NCBI GenBank assembly: GCA_001804285.1
Contig: MHFR01000008.1
Coordinates: 2,740-66,739 of the forward strand
From: Candidatus Danuiimicrobium aquiferis
GTDB lineage: Bacteria; Omnitrophota; Omnitrophia; Omnitrophales; Danuiimicrobiaceae
Length of the DNA: 64,000 bases
Reading direction: 5' to 3'
Shown here: piece by piece, positions 56,216-64,000 of the stretch
Position numbering within the stretch: position 1 is the stretch's first letter
Layout of the letters: each line of letters begins with the position of its first letter
Translations under genes and position numbers: made by a program
The notes under the pieces: model-generated
What the model was told of the DNA's origin: nothing
Seen by the model: the letters and a program-made list of their open reading frames with translations, nothing else
Databases searched by the model: none

Positions 56216-56276
56216 AGTATCACTATCCCTATACCGCGGGTTAATAACGAATCGCTCTATCTCTAAAAAAACAACA

Positions 56277-57962
56277 TTATTTTATAAATTTCCTCACAAC
56301 AATCGCCACATTTTTGCCACCAAACGCCAAACTGTTACAAACAGCTACTTTAAAATCCCCTTTGCGTCCAATATTTGGGACACAATCTAAATCACATTCA
56401 GGATCCGGAACTTCATAGTTTATTGTTGGATGGATAAAACCTTCATGAAGAGCAAGCAGCACGGCGGCTAACTGTTGCCCGCCCGCTGCACCAATTGGGT
56501 GCCCCAACATTGATTTGGACGAAGGCATAACAAGTTTATAAGCATGTTCGCCAAAGACCCTTTTCACAATAGCTGTTTCATAACTATCATTAACCGGAGT
56601 TGCATTGCCATAAGCTTCAAAAATATCAACTTCCTCTGGTTTGATGTTGGCATCTTCCAAAGCAAGTTCGATTGCTAACGAAGTATAATCACCGGAAGGA
56701 TGCGGTTTAGACATATGCCAGGCATCACAAGTAGCACCGTAACCAACTAATTCTCCATAAATGCGAGCGCTCCGCTTTAAGGCATATTCCAATTCTTCTA
56801 TAACAAACACCCAGCCACCTTCCGCAATCACAAAGCCATCTCGATCTTTATTAAAAGGACGCGATGCCTTTTTATCATTGCGCGTTGATATGGCTCCCAT
56901 TTGACAGAAAGCCGCAACAATAGCAGAGGTTACACAAGCATCGGCCCCACCAGCTACTACAATCTCCGATAATCCATATCGGATTTGTTTTAAAGCATAT
57001 CCAAAAGAATCTGTAGCGGATGTGCAACCGTTAGAAAAGGTAATGCACATACCTTTTGCACCTATCGCTCGTGCTGCCTCTGAAGAAATCGCCCCACCAA
57101 AACCTGCGATACCAGCAAATGGACGAACGCGACGCACCCCACCTCTTTCTAACGCGCGTATTTCAGGCTCTGCATAATCAAGGCCAGATGTCGCACTACC
57201 AATAATGACATCCACAGAATCGCAATTAAATAAATCCAACCCAGAATCTTTAACTGCAAGTTTTGATGCCGCAACCGCTAAATGTGCAGATCGCCCCATT
57301 CGTTTAATCTCATGAAAGTCTTCGACAAACAATGATGGGTCGAAATCACGGATTTCTGCTGCAACTTTTGAAGGATACAAAGAACAATCAAATAAAGTAA
57401 TTTGGTCTACACAATTTTTTCCTTCTCTGAGTCCTTTCCAATATTCATCTTTGCCAATCCCACTGGGCGCAACCACTCCGATGCCAGTAATAACAGCCCT
57501 TTTTAAGCCGGTTTTGTCATCTCTTCTTTTATGATGTGGCAGTGGTTCTGACGTAGAATCCTTAAGCTTTCTTTCCTGCTCGATAAGCTGAAGTTCTTCA
57601 TGAATACAGTTCAAAATTACATCATTATCAAATGGCTTAAAAATAAACTTATTAATGCCAAGCTTAATCGCATGCTCAGGAGTATCTTCCTCCGCATACC
57701 CTGTAATTAGAATATATCCGCACCCTATCGCCTTTGCTGAATAAATCTCCTTGATCTTTTGGATCGCAACCACTCCATTATCACCGGGCATTCTGATATC
57801 CGAGATAACCAAGTCAAATTCAAACCGCGCCGCTAACGACACCGCTTCGATGGCATTCGCAGCTTTTCGGACTGCATAACCTTGTTTTGTGAGTAGCTTA
57901 CTAATGCTCTGTAAAACTAATGGATCATCGTCTATTAATAAAATATTGTATGTTCTTTTCAT
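56277..57962 (-). CDS. Fusion protein: an N-terminal response-regulator receiver domain followed by a C-terminal beta-ketoacyl-ACP synthase II (FabF-like).
   Basis: The REC part is ILLIDDDPLVLQSI…DLVISDIRMPGDNG…ITGY…KPF (aa 1–120). The KAS part is …KRAVITGIGVVAPSG…FSNGCTSATDS (Cys)…CDAWHMSKPHP (His)…KSMLGHPIGAAG (His)…AFGGKN. Confidence 0.7.
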   Translation of the reverse strand: MKRTYNILLIDDDPLVLQSISKLLTKQGYAVRKAANAIEAVSLAARFEFDLVISDIRMPGDNGVVAIQKIKEIYSAKAIGCGYILITGYAEEDTPEHAIKLGINKFIFKPFDNDVILNCIHEELQLIEQERKLKDSTSEPLPHHKRRDDKTGLKRAVITGIGVVAPSGIGKDEYWKGLREGKNCVDQITLFDCSLYPSKVAAEIRDFDPSLFVEDFHEIKRMGRSAHLAVAASKLAVKDSGLDLFNCDSVDVIIGSATSGLDYAEPEIRALERGGVRRVRPFAGIAGFGGAISSEAARAIGAKGMCITFSNGCTSATDSFGYALKQIRYGLSEIVVAGGADACVTSAIVAAFCQMGAISTRNDKKASRPFNKDRDGFVIAEGGWVFVIEELEYALKRSARIYGELVGYGATCDAWHMSKPHPSGDYTSLAIELALEDANIKPEEVDIFEAYGNATPVNDSYETAIVKRVFGEHAYKLVMPSSKSMLGHPIGAAGGQQLAAVLLALHEGFIHPTINYEVPDPECDLDCVPNIGRKGDFKVAVCNSLAFGGKNVAIVVRKFIK

Positions 57963-58139
57963 ACAGCCCTCACAAAATTTTGGATATGCTTTTAGAAGTT
58001 AAAATCTTTAACATCTCTTTATTTTACGGCTTCTTTTGGGTTTTCTGGAGAGGGCTTGTACATTTGGTTCCAGCACACAAGAGCACAGGATCACAGGATC
58101 ACATGAGCATAAGTTACGCTTTTGCATTTGTGCTATTGT

Positions 58140-58340
58140 GATGACGTCGTTTAGCCCGGATTTCTCATCGTTAATAAGAAATTCCGCTCGTAAGAGCTGC
58201 GGTGCAAGGATGTTTGCGTCTTTGCGACGCAGGGCTTATCTTTTGCGCCCTGATTTACCAAGGGCGCAAAACTTTGGTCGAAACTAATTGCGCCCAAAGC
58301 GCCTTTCTCGTCGATTCACAAAATCGATGAGAAAGGCGGG
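58140..58340. repeat. About 200-bp hairpin-rich intergenic element (copy 1). Copy 2 is at 63770–63990.
   Basis: The shared blocks are …ttatcttttgcgc(c/g)c…gggcgc(gc)aaaactttgg… and the terminal hairpin tttctc(g/a)tcgatt-loop-aatcgatgagaaa. Confidence 0.6.
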
Positions 58341-59848
58341 TTAGCCCTCTGCCATCATAAACTCAATCACAAATGTCGTCCCTTTACCCGCGTCGCTTTC
58401 TACGGTAATCTTCCCGCCGCTGCGCTCGACAAGCTGTTTAGTGATGTAGAGCCCGAGGCCTGTACCTTGTTCACCTTTCGTCGTTCGAAAAGGTTCAAAG
58501 AGATGTTTCAATTGATCGTGGAAAATTCCGGTTCCGGTATCCAGGATCGTTAAAACAACCGTCCCTGTGTCATTGCGAGGAGGCCCACCAAAAACAGGAC
58601 GACTTGCCCGCCACATTCCTCGGCGGGCGAGCAATCTACGTTCTGAGATTGCCACACCCCTGCCTGTCCGGCAGGCAGGCCTTTGGGGCTCGCAATAACA
58701 GACTTCTACTCGAATTGCAATTTCCCCACCCTCGGGCATCGCCTGACAAGCATTTACGATGAGATTGAATAAAATTTGTTCTAACTCATGTTGATCAATT
58801 TTAACACGCGGCAGATTCTCGGGAATTTGATTTCTGACACTAATTTTCTCAAGCGAAAATTGGTACGCCACTAAATCCAAAACCATCTTCACTGCTTCAG
58901 CAAGCAAAGCATCCGGCAGTTGACTTCCCTTTTGATCCGCACAAGGTTTCGCAAAGTGATTCAAAGTAGTAATAACATTTGTGATCCGGTCTATCTGAAA
59001 TAGCATTTTCTCAAACGATTCCAATGGATCATGATCCGGGCTGCCCTCTTTCCACCTTTCAATTTCAACTTCTACTCTTCCTCGCAGTGCATGCAACGGG
59101 TTCTTGATCTCGTGATTGACGCTCGCCGCAAGGAGTCCGATCGTCGCTAATTTCTCTTTCTGAAATGCATCCGCAATCGCTTCGATATCGAACAGATGGT
59201 ATCTCATCATAAAATAAGCCATCACGAAGGGATAAATCGGCATGATAAATATTCCATATTGTGGGATCCGTATATCATATACGGGAAAAAAAGATAATGA
59301 TCCTCCAATAAATCCAGTTAATGTTGCAATCATAAATCCGAGCATTTGCGTTTGTTCCGGACCGCGCAGGAGCCGCATTCTTTTCACCAGTAAATAAAAA
59401 GCAAAAGGAACGGCAGTATAAAAAACAGCAAATTCAACATGAAAAACCGGGCCGTAGTGAGCAAAGTGAGAAAACTCGAACATCGGTTTTAACTCTGGAA
59501 TCAACCATGGCGTGAACGCCATGCACAAAATAAAAAGTGCCGCCATATAAAAAAATAAAGCAATCTGTAGAATTTTTTCGGATAACCTGTATAAACTATA
59601 ATAAAATGCAGCCAAGTTGCCGAAATAAAAGAAGCTGCCATATTTGCCAATCTTGCGCAAAACAACGCTTGCCCGTAAGGCGTTTGATTGGTTACAACAA
59701 ACGATAAAGCAGAGCTCCAAATACCGACAAATACACAAAATATAAAATACCGCATCCCAACTTCGTCTTGCCGTTTCAGCCAAATAAGCACAGCTATCAG
59801 AAACGTGCAAAATGAAAAAAACAGCAAGCTAAATGTATACGGATTCAT
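58341..59848 (-). CDS. Membrane sensor histidine kinase. It has a probable frameshift near 59500–59530 (or a sequencing error) and carries an in-frame hairpin-repeat insertion in the ATPase domain.
   Basis: The main frame 58341..59810 holds the TM helices, the H-box (AASVNHEIKNPLHALRG), the N-box (FNLIVNACQAMPEGGEI), G1 (DTGTGI) and G2 (GTGLGL). A separate ORF 59501..59848 (MNPYTFSLLFFSFCTFLIAVLIW…) encodes TM helices homologous to the N-terminus of the 52139..54535 kinase and overlaps in another frame. Confidence 0.6.
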
Positions 59849-59937
59849 AGTCCCTCAACCGGTTATAAAATAATCATCGGCGGCCAGCCATAAGCACACA
59901 AGAGCATATGTTCTATCTTGTACACTTATACTCACAT

Positions 59938-60070
59938 GCGCTTACCAGTATCCTTTTTCCGCAACTGCTTCATTAATGCTTCCAATTTCGCATAGACCAA
60001 GCTTCTCACCCGCGGGTCTTTAATCAGCTCAATCCATCCTTGAACTTTTTTCAACCGGAATTGTTTTGTT
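59938..60070. repeat. About 130-bp direct repeat (copy A) of the 3' end of the AbiEi-like gene. Copy B is at 60946–61080.
   Basis: The block cttcattaatgcttccaatttcgcatagaccaagcttctcacccgcgggtctttaatcagctcaatccatccttgaacttttttcaaccggaattgttttgttaaatgaag is shared nearly identically. A spurious 62-aa ORF, 59932..60120, duplicates the AbiEi C-terminus. Confidence 0.8.
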
Positions 60071-60124
60071 AAATGAAGCTCAGGAAACGAACCAAAAAAA
60101 CGATACCGCAATTTACACAAATTT

Positions 60125-60511
60125 TTATTTCAATCGAATTTTTCTTCGAACGAATTCGCGGATTTCTTTCAAAGCCTTGATTGCACCCATAGCATCACGC
60201 CGCATTGCCCGTTCACCCGGATATCTAAATTCAACCGAGTACGGATTTAAAGAAATGATCAGGTCCGAAACCAACTCAAAATCTCCGTCTTCATCGGAAC
60301 AAAGATTTTTTAGAAGAATTAAATCGTGGGTTTTGGGAAAGGAAATCTTTTCACGGGATAGATAAGCTTTTAAATATTTTTCTACGGACTGCTGACTGTG
60401 GAAGCAAATAGAACTGAAAAGATGTTTCCGTTTCGTTTGCGACAAAATAATCGCTGCACAATAGTCTTCTTCCGCTTTTTCGCGCCATTCTCTCGCAATT
60501 TCACTGCTCAT
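60125..60511 (-). CDS. HEPN-domain protein (toxin of a HEPN/MNT pair).
   Basis: The protein is 128 aa, with a C-terminal …EFRYPGE… (Rx4–6H-like region). It overlaps the upstream MNT gene by 11 nt. Confidence 0.65.
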   Translation of the reverse strand: MSSEIAREWREKAEEDYCAAIILSQTKRKHLFSSICFHSQQSVEKYLKAYLSREKISFPKTHDLILLKNLCSDEDGDFELVSDLIISLNPYSVEFRYPGERAMRRDAMGAIKALKEIREFVRRKIRLK

Positions 60512-60842
60512 ACAAGACCTTCCCCTTTTCGATCACTTCGATAAAAAAAGGGTCTTTCAAGCGGAGGCGCTTTCGGATTTCATCCGGGGTGCGAACCATA
60601 ATATCCATAGCAAAAGGATAGTACTGGATTGCCTTTGACACTTCGACCGCACGGGCTGGCGGCCGCTTTTTGCTTTCCATCACAACCAAAAGATCGACGT
60701 CGCTATCATCGTTAACTTTTCCATAGGCATAAGAGCCGAAAAGAATTATTTTTTGAGGACGAAATCCGGCGGCAATTTGATCAACAACTTGCCCGATCAA
60801 TTTACGTTTCTGATTTTTGTTATAATTAGAACAAATCATCAC
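60501..60842 (-). CDS. Minimal nucleotidyltransferase (MNT, antitoxin of a HEPN/MNT pair).
   Basis: FGSYAYGKVNDDSDVDLLVV matches the GSx(9–13)DxD polymerase-beta-type NTase motif. The protein is 113 aa. Confidence 0.75.
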   Translation of the reverse strand: MMICSNYNKNQKRKLIGQVVDQIAAGFRPQKIILFGSYAYGKVNDDSDVDLLVVMESKKRPPARAVEVSKAIQYYPFAMDIMVRTPDEIRKRLRLKDPFFIEVIEKGKVLYEQ

Positions 60843-60945
60843 ATCCCGCCTTTTGCCTGAATGGCGCTATTATAATCAAATTCCTGAAAAAGTTAACTTC
60901 CTTTTCCGGTGCTATTCATGGCACCACGAGAACCGGTACCACAAG

Positions 60946-61566
60946 TCACCGCACCTGCTTCATTAATGCTTCCAATTTCGCATAGACCAAGCTTCTCACC
61001 CGCGGGTCTTTAATCAGCTCAATCCATCCTTGAACTTTTTTCAACCGGAATTGTTTTGTTAAATGAAGTTCAGGAAACGAGCCGTAATTTCTTTTTTTTC
61101 TGACAGACAAATAAAGACTGTCGGCCAAAGCCTTTTCCGGTTCTGCAATCAAAAACCGTCCCGTTCCCTGATGCCAATCAAATCCTTTAAAAAAACTGGG
61201 CTCAATCTGGTGAATCCGATAATGAGCCACCCGCGTCCGAATCAAACGTGAGTGCATCGGCGCAGCACACGTAATCACTTGCGGAATTTGATCGATCAAT
61301 CCATGCAAATGAAGCGCACTCACAAATGAAACATAAACCTGATGGTTGGGTAAGAGAAACGGGATCATATCGTAGGCATTAAAATTGCCTTTTTTGCCCC
61401 ACACGCCCCTGTGAATTTTGTCAAACGCCTCCTGCCGCGATAAGTAATTGAGCGTTTGCGTCACAGTCGATACGGATTTCCCGGTCAGCAAAGAAATTTC
61501 CCGGGTGGTAAAAACGGGCCGGTTCAAACCATGAATCACAGATAAAACACTTTTAGTTTTTTTCAT
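60946..61566 (-). CDS. AbiEi-family (type IV TA antitoxin / wHTH transcriptional regulator)-like protein.
   Basis: The likely start is MKKTKSVLSVIHGLNRPVFTTREISLLTGKSVSTVTQTLNYLSRQEAF (an AbiEi_4-like N-terminal wHTH). The ORF track extends it to 61668, overlapping the upstream gene. Confidence 0.55.
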   Translation of the reverse strand: MKKTKSVLSVIHGLNRPVFTTREISLLTGKSVSTVTQTLNYLSRQEAFDKIHRGVWGKKGNFNAYDMIPFLLPNHQVYVSFVSALHLHGLIDQIPQVITCAAPMHSRLIRTRVAHYRIHQIEPSFFKGFDWHQGTGRFLIAEPEKALADSLYLSVRKKRNYGSFPELHLTKQFRLKKVQGWIELIKDPRVRSLVYAKLEALMKQVR

Positions 61567-62329
61567 GACCAAGCGCTTCCAGCAAACCCAACACTTTCGA
61601 TTGAATGTTGTCCCATGAGGAACGCTCCCCATAGACCCGCTGGTCTTCCGATGATAAAAATGAAACAACCGCGGCCTTGTATCCCTGAAAATCGATTTTC
61701 ATCACTCGTTCATACGCTTTTTTGAGAATGGACTGATTAACTTCCACCCGGCATAACTCTGTTTCTGAAATTTGCGAACTCAATAAATAGAGGTCAAACA
61801 CGTCACGGGCCTGCACGACAGTCCTCCCCGTCAAAGCACCCAACTTCTGCACCACGACCGAAGGAGCATGATAATGAGGAATCAAAACGGGAGAAATTTT
61901 ATACCGTTTGAGAATCAAATCCCCCACCACACCGACGTCAGTTTCTCCCGGCTGCTCGCGCCTGGAACATTCAATTTTGGTAAATAAATCCAGACCATTT
62001 GAGGCTTTTAGATGAATTTTAAAACGCTGGGTCGTTTCTGTCTGTTTGGCTTTTGTCAGGTCGGGCGGTTGAATCGCACCAATTCCAAACGCCTTTAATG
62101 CATAAAGGAATGATTGATTCTCGAGAATTTGCATCACATTTTTCTTTAACGTCGCAACGGCAACATGCATGACATCGATATCTAAATCTTCGGAATAACG
62201 GATACTGCCGAAAAAGAGCCTTAGATTAACTCCGCCCTTCAAGGCATACTGATTGGGTTTCAGTTTTCTCCCGAGCCACCTCAAGAATTCGATATGAAAT
62301 ATTTCCCGTAATTGAAGGTCGGTATACAT
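61553..62329 (-). CDS. AbiEii/AbiGii-family nucleotidyltransferase toxin (DUF1814).
   Basis: …LKGGVNLRLFFGSIRYSEDLDIDV… matches the DUF1814 NTase motif (GGTALrl…R.SeDlD). Confidence 0.65.
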   Translation of the reverse strand: MYTDLQLREIFHIEFLRWLGRKLKPNQYALKGGVNLRLFFGSIRYSEDLDIDVMHVAVATLKKNVMQILENQSFLYALKAFGIGAIQPPDLTKAKQTETTQRFKIHLKASNGLDLFTKIECSRREQPGETDVGVVGDLILKRYKISPVLIPHYHAPSVVVQKLGALTGRTVVQARDVFDLYLLSSQISETELCRVEVNQSILKKAYERVMKIDFQGYKAAVVSFLSSEDQRVYGERSSWDNIQSKVLGLLEALGHEKN

Positions 62330-62516
62330 ATATGTCTTTTTGTTTAGTTTAAACTAATTAATTACACATATATACTACCATCTAATCCGCCATTTTTCAA
62401 AAACTTTTTCCAGACAAAACTTTTTCCAGACAGCAACCAGTACCGCTTGTTTGCTTGCGTGCTTTCGCAAAATCTTCCGGTACTATTTCAAACGGTACTT
62501 TCACTCTTTTTTCCCG

Positions 62517-63767
62517 TCACTTGAGCGACGGAAGAACGCTCGTGAGAAAATCTCCATAAGGAATTGCGGTTTCTGATTTTGAAAATTTCTGAACACTTCT
62601 TCCCGTATAAATCACATACTTTTCCGCCTGTCTGTGAGCAAATCGATCAAATACTCTCAAACCGTTCAAATCATGTTCAGCAACATTCTTGCCTGATTTG
62701 CATTCAATTGCCAGAAGCCTCGAACCCGTATCCAAAATCCAATCCACTTCTGCCCCCGTGTCTGTACGGAAAGAACTGATTCTCCAGCCTTTTTTGTTGA
62801 TATCATTAAAAGCCATCAATTGGAGAAAAATCCACTGCTCGAAAAGGTTCCCTTTTTCCATGGGGCTAAGGTGACCGCGATGAATTCCAAGAAGCGCATT
62901 GCGCACACCGGGATCAAAGAATACAAAACGTTCCCGCTGGCTAACACGCCTTTTAGACACTTTTGGCCGAAACGCTTGAACTCTATGTACCACAAGCGTA
63001 TCCTCAAGCAGTGCATAAAAACGGCGAAGCGTTTCCTTTGGAATTTCACTGTCGCTGGCGAGCTTTGAGTAATTAATCCACCTGCCGCTCGCTTCGGCCG
63101 CCATGTCGAGAAAACGGGCATAAGCCCCCAAGTTCTGCGTCAAAGCTTCATATTGAATTTCCTCACGTAAGTAGATTTGGCCATAACTTTCAAGAAGCGC
63201 CTCCCCTGTTTCTCCGGCCTCCAAATAAACTCCAGGCAAAGTTCCAATGCGAAGCGCTTTTTCCAAATCAAACCGCTCGCCTAATTCCCAATAAGCTAAT
63301 GGGGCAAGATGCTCAATTAAAATTCTCCCCGGTAAAAGATTGGCGTGCCCGCGTTTCAGTTTTCGCGCACTTGAGCCGGTCAGCAAAAAACGGTGTTTGC
63401 ATCCTTCGTCCAAAAGCACTTGAATGCTATTTAAAAGCGCAGGAACTCGCTGAATTTCATCAATCGCAATCAGCGAAGGTTTCGTAATGGCAGCAATTTC
63501 ACGGTGCAAACGCGCAGGGTCTTTCATATACGAAAGGTATAAACTTTCATCCATTAAATTGATAATCCTCATGGGATGAAGCGATCGCATTAGCGTAGAT
63601 TTACCCACTTGCCTGGGGCCCAAAAGCAAAACACTTTTGGGTGAAGCTTGCAGTCGCTTGGAAAGTATTCTGTCTAACATATGGTCTATTTTCATTGAAA
63701 ATGACCCAAAGTCAAGCTTTTTTTGGTTTTTGCCGCTTTCTAACCCGACTTTCTTGTTAACCCGCAT
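62517..63767 (-). CDS. AAA+ ATPase of the AAA_14/DUF4143 family.
   Basis: The Walker A is LLLGPRQVGKSTL and the Walker B is LIAIDEIQR. The C-terminal region (…FRTDTGAEVDWILD…LAIECKSG) is typical of DUF4143. Confidence 0.7.
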   Translation of the reverse strand: MRVNKKVGLESGKNQKKLDFGSFSMKIDHMLDRILSKRLQASPKSVLLLGPRQVGKSTLMRSLHPMRIINLMDESLYLSYMKDPARLHREIAAITKPSLIAIDEIQRVPALLNSIQVLLDEGCKHRFLLTGSSARKLKRGHANLLPGRILIEHLAPLAYWELGERFDLEKALRIGTLPGVYLEAGETGEALLESYGQIYLREEIQYEALTQNLGAYARFLDMAAEASGRWINYSKLASDSEIPKETLRRFYALLEDTLVVHRVQAFRPKVSKRRVSQRERFVFFDPGVRNALLGIHRGHLSPMEKGNLFEQWIFLQLMAFNDINKKGWRISSFRTDTGAEVDWILDTGSRLLAIECKSGKNVAEHDLNGLRVFDRFAHRQAEKYVIYTGRSVQKFSKSETAIPYGDFLTSVLPSLK

Positions 63768-63769
63768 TT

Positions 63770-63990
63770 CTCATCTTTATGGATGAGAAATGCGCTCGAA
63801 GAGCTTTTGCGGAAATCATTTAAATTATTTTCGCAAAAGGGTTTATCTTTTGCGCGCTGTTCTATTTGGGCGCGCAAAACTTTGGACAGCACATCCGTAT
63901 TAGTTGTGCTGTCCAAAGCGGTTTTCTCATCGATTGAAAAAATCGATGAGAAAACCGGGTTAACGATGAGAAATCCGGGCTAACGGACTA
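63770..63990. repeat. About 200-bp hairpin-rich element (copy 2 of the 58140–58340 element).
   Basis: See copy 1. It contains cccgcatttctcatc…gatgagaaatgcg and ttttctcatcgattgaaaaaatcgatgagaaaacc hairpins. Confidence 0.6.
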
Positions 63991-64000
63991 TCGGACGCAT

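Noticed and set aside
59932-60120. A 62-aa ORF encoding …GSFPELHLTKQFRLKKVQGWIELIKDPRVRSLVYAKLEALMKQ….
   Set aside because: It is a duplicated copy of the 3' end of the AbiEi-like gene, within the 130-bp direct repeat flanking the HEPN/MNT insertion. It is not an independent gene.

Overview
This window looks like a fragment of a moderately AT-rich (~45% GC) bacterial genome that is dense in short hairpin repeats and is probably from an uncultivated lineage. The idea that it is Omnitrophota-like, because of the giant gene, is inference only. The window is dominated by one uninterrupted minus-strand ORF, 6851..46081 (39.2 kb, 13,076 aa).

Within that ORF I can read a signal peptide, a split glycogen-synthase-like glycosyltransferase, a P-loop NTPase, a sugar-1-P nucleotidyltransferase, an ABC1/UbiB kinase and an NAD-dependent epimerase. 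I can also read a PIG-L/LmbE-type deacetylase, a GNAT domain, a SAM methyltransferase, transmembrane segments and three internal tandem-repeat arrays (about 16 × 90 aa, 9 × 50 aa HTH-like, 5 × 55 aa).

Two features make the giant gene unusual. First, at least 15 hairpin-forming REP/MITE-like elements are inserted in-frame and stop-free between the recognisable domains, where they read as charged linker peptides (RSEVRN...SPRAE, SQPTVAMSE, IPAFAGMT). Second, two diverged DUF433/DUF5615 (toxin-antitoxin-like) gene pairs are encoded on the opposite strand entirely inside the giant ORF (15.9–17.8 kb), and the ORF stays open across them.

The left flank carries alpha-glucan and central metabolism genes: a GH57 branching enzyme, a GH57-associated hypothetical protein, citrate synthase, a DD-carboxypeptidase and a partial secreted glycosidase-like protein. 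The right flank carries a signalling and lipid cluster: three histidine kinases, two response regulators, an unusual REC–ketoacyl-ACP-synthase fusion, an ICMT-family methyltransferase, an epimerase and a PDZ protein. Beyond that is a small defence/TA island: a HEPN–MNT cassette flanked by 130-bp direct repeats, an AbiEii/AbiEi pair and a DUF4143 AAA ATPase.

All coordinates are approximate to a few nt where they were derived by hand, and all family names come from motif reading only, not from searches.
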